Shown: positions 23,554 through 25,153 of the stretch, in pieces
How the letters are laid out: each line of letters begins with the position of its first letter
How positions within the stretch are numbered: position 1 is the stretch's first letter
From: a virus
Direction: 5' to 3' (one strand)
Virus genome (UHGV): UHGV-0073209
DNA: 25,153 nucleotides
The notes under the pieces: model-generated
Seen by the model: only the letters and a program-made list of their open reading frames with translations
Told to the model about the DNA's origin: nothing
Databases searched by the model: none
Program-made: the position numbers and the translations under genes

Positions 23554-25153
23554 ATGCCTTCAATCACTGAAAATTCACAATGGGAAAATATTATTCCCTT
23601 AATTACCCGCGCGGATAAAGTAGAGGGCGGAAGTGCGGGCCTGATTAATGTCCAGACCCGTATACTGGCCGACCGTACCACGTACCTGAAGGAGCAGCTC
23701 GACGCCTATAATGGCCTGCTGAAATCAGGCGACCTGCCATTTACCGATAAAATAGCGGCTCAGAGCGCCATCACTGCCGGAAAGATACCTGATGGCGGGA
23801 TTTTCTCCGTGCGCTCAGATAATCCTCTCTACTGGGCGGAAGAGTGCAAAAACGTATCGGGAGTGGTTATTTCAACCGGGAAGTATTTACCCGCTGACCA
23901 GGCGTTGCGCCGGTCTAATATTCTGTTTGATGCGTTTAATGAAAATTCAGCTTCGGATCTGAAGTTCGGGGGATGGGACTGGTATCGCGGGGCAGCAGTT
24001 ACATTCAGCTCATCTGATGCTGATATCCCGTTGCCGACCCCGGTGGCTCAGTATTCTGGCGTATGGTCTGCTGACAAATACTACGACCTGGCTCGTTTAC
24101 CCGTCAGGGCTGGTGATCGGCTCACTTTTTCCGTGCTTGCGTGGTTTCAGAATGCGGGATCTAAATTTCATATTTTCTGGATGGCCGCCAATGGTGCTGT
24201 GATTTCATCTAAATCACAACTGGCGTTATCTGCCGGAATTAACACACCTGTATTAACCGATATTATTCCTGCTGACGCCTCATACGTCAGGATCCGCGTG
24301 GAAAATACCACCACAGGCGCTTTTAAGGTCGGCGCTTATGCCGCCTCCCGTGGCGTTATCCCGCCGGAGTTTGTCCGGGCGTCGCCGGATAAGGTTCAGA
24401 TGTCTGCGATCATTTCATCAGGCGTTGCTGGCCTGGTTTCGCGAGTCGATGCACTTCAGGGTGCAATTTCCGTCGGTTATGCCTACGGCGCAGCATGGCA
24501 GGCCGGAAAGTTCATCAACCCGAACACGGGCGTGGCAACAGATAACGCCGCACTAAACTGCGCTTTCGTACCTCACCGGGATGGTGATGGCTGGTTAGTT
24601 ACAGCCCTGGTGACAGGGGCAGCGACGGCCCTTGCGGTCTACATGAATGCTGCGGGCACTGTGCTGGGTGTTGAAGGGCGAGGAACGGTCACGCCACAGC
24701 AGTTTACAAACTACCGCCTGAATGTCCCGGCAGGTACGACACAAATCGGTATTACAGGCCGCAATTCAGCAGAAATGGCAGTGAAAAAACTGGCTGTTGT
24801 TGAGACTGCCGGCGTGCTTTCCAGTATTGATTCTCTTGATGTTCGCGTTAAAGCTATGGAGGACGCGATGGTATATGACTTTGTTAAACAGGATGTTGCG
24901 ATTACTGCCGGGGCGTATATCAATCGTGCGAATGGTTCTATTGTGGCGAACAGTGCGTTTGATTGTGCCGTGTTCAGTTATACGACGGGAGACCGCTGGA
25001 AAGTCACGGCCCGCGTGAACGGCAGCGGGGTTTCGCTGGCGGTGTATATGAACAGTGTCGGAACGGTTATCGGTACTGAGGGTGCTGGCACGACGGAATC
25101 GGTGGACTACACCGACTATGAACTGACGCCGCCCTCAGGTACGGCAAAAATCG
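23554..25153 (+). CDS. Tail fibre / receptor-binding protein (gpH position), 5'-partial view; open to the window end
   Basis: ATG 23554 five nt after the gpI stop; the frame stays open for more than 530 codons to the window edge (not in the track because no stop is present). The N-terminus is not P2 gpH-like. Contains tandem paralogous modules of about 100 aa. Confidence 0.8.
   Translation, partial: MPSITENSQWENIIPLITRADKVEGGSAGLINVQTRILADRTTYLKEQLDAYNGLLKSGDLPFTDKIAAQSAITAGKIPDGGIFSVRSDNPLYWAEECKNVSGVVISTGKYLPADQALRRSNILFDAFNENSASDLKFGGWDWYRGAAVTFSSSDADIPLPTPVAQYSGVWSADKYYDLARLPVRAGDRLTFSVLAWFQNAGSKFHIFWMAANGAVISSKSQLALSAGINTPVLTDIIPADASYVRIRVENTTTGAFKVGAYAASRGVIPPEFVRASPDKVQMSAIISSGVAGLVSRVDALQGAISVGYAYGAAWQAGKFINPNTGVATDNAALNCAFVPHRDGDGWLVTALVTGAATALAVYMNAAGTVLGVEGRGTVTPQQFTNYRLNVPAGTTQIGITGRNSAEMAVKKLAVVETAGVLSSIDSLDVRVKAMEDAMVYDFVKQDVAITAGAYINRANGSIVANSAFDCAVFSYTTGDRWKVTARVNGSGVSLAVYMNSVGTVIGTEGAGTTESVDYTDYELTPPSGTAKI

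Larger units (their letters stand above)
1..25153. mobile_element. P2-like (Peduovirus-type) prophage, partial; neither attL nor attR resolved in the window
   Basis: Gene order and content match P2: int, C-like repressor, Cox-like, gpA, cos, Q/P divergent from O-N-M-L-X, lysis, R-S-V-W-J-I-H. Orthology is recalled from P2 protein sequences, not searched. Confidence 0.9.

Noticed and set aside
1-25153. CRISPR arrays, rRNA or tRNA genes, insertion sequences
   Set aside because: No spaced direct-repeat arrays, no tRNA-like cloverleaf candidates and no transposase-like ORFs or terminal inverted repeats were seen on either strand.

Overview
The whole window is a P2-like (Peduovirus-type) prophage from a moderately GC-rich enterobacterial host; neither prophage end is resolved. 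Layout: a minus-strand lysogeny module at 50-2636 (P2 Int-like integrase, a low-GC cargo gene, a C-like HTH repressor); a divergent operator/promoter region; a plus-strand early operon at 2720-9871 (RHH protein, Cox-like protein, small ORFs, DEDDh exonuclease, Dam methylase, C5-cytosine methylase, rolling-circle initiator gpA); a post-A cargo region at 9874-11675; a GC-rich non-coding block with the cos site near 11821; then portal Q and terminase P (minus), and O-N-M-L-X, lysis cassette, R-S-V-W-J-I and a partial tail fibre (plus). The best candidate for an undescribed system is the 398-aa protein at 1044-2240, which has a WYL-like N-terminus, a BRCT-like domain and an unknown C-terminal domain, sits in low-GC DNA and is inserted exactly between the repressor and integrase so it should be expressed in the lysogen. 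Second is the post-A cargo slot (P2 tin/old position) with a MazG-like ORF, a second Dam-family methylase and an AT-rich 117-aa ORF. The C5-methylase has its conserved motifs split across two open reading frames. No tRNA, rRNA or CRISPR array was recognised. All domain calls are from reading motifs by eye; no database search was run.
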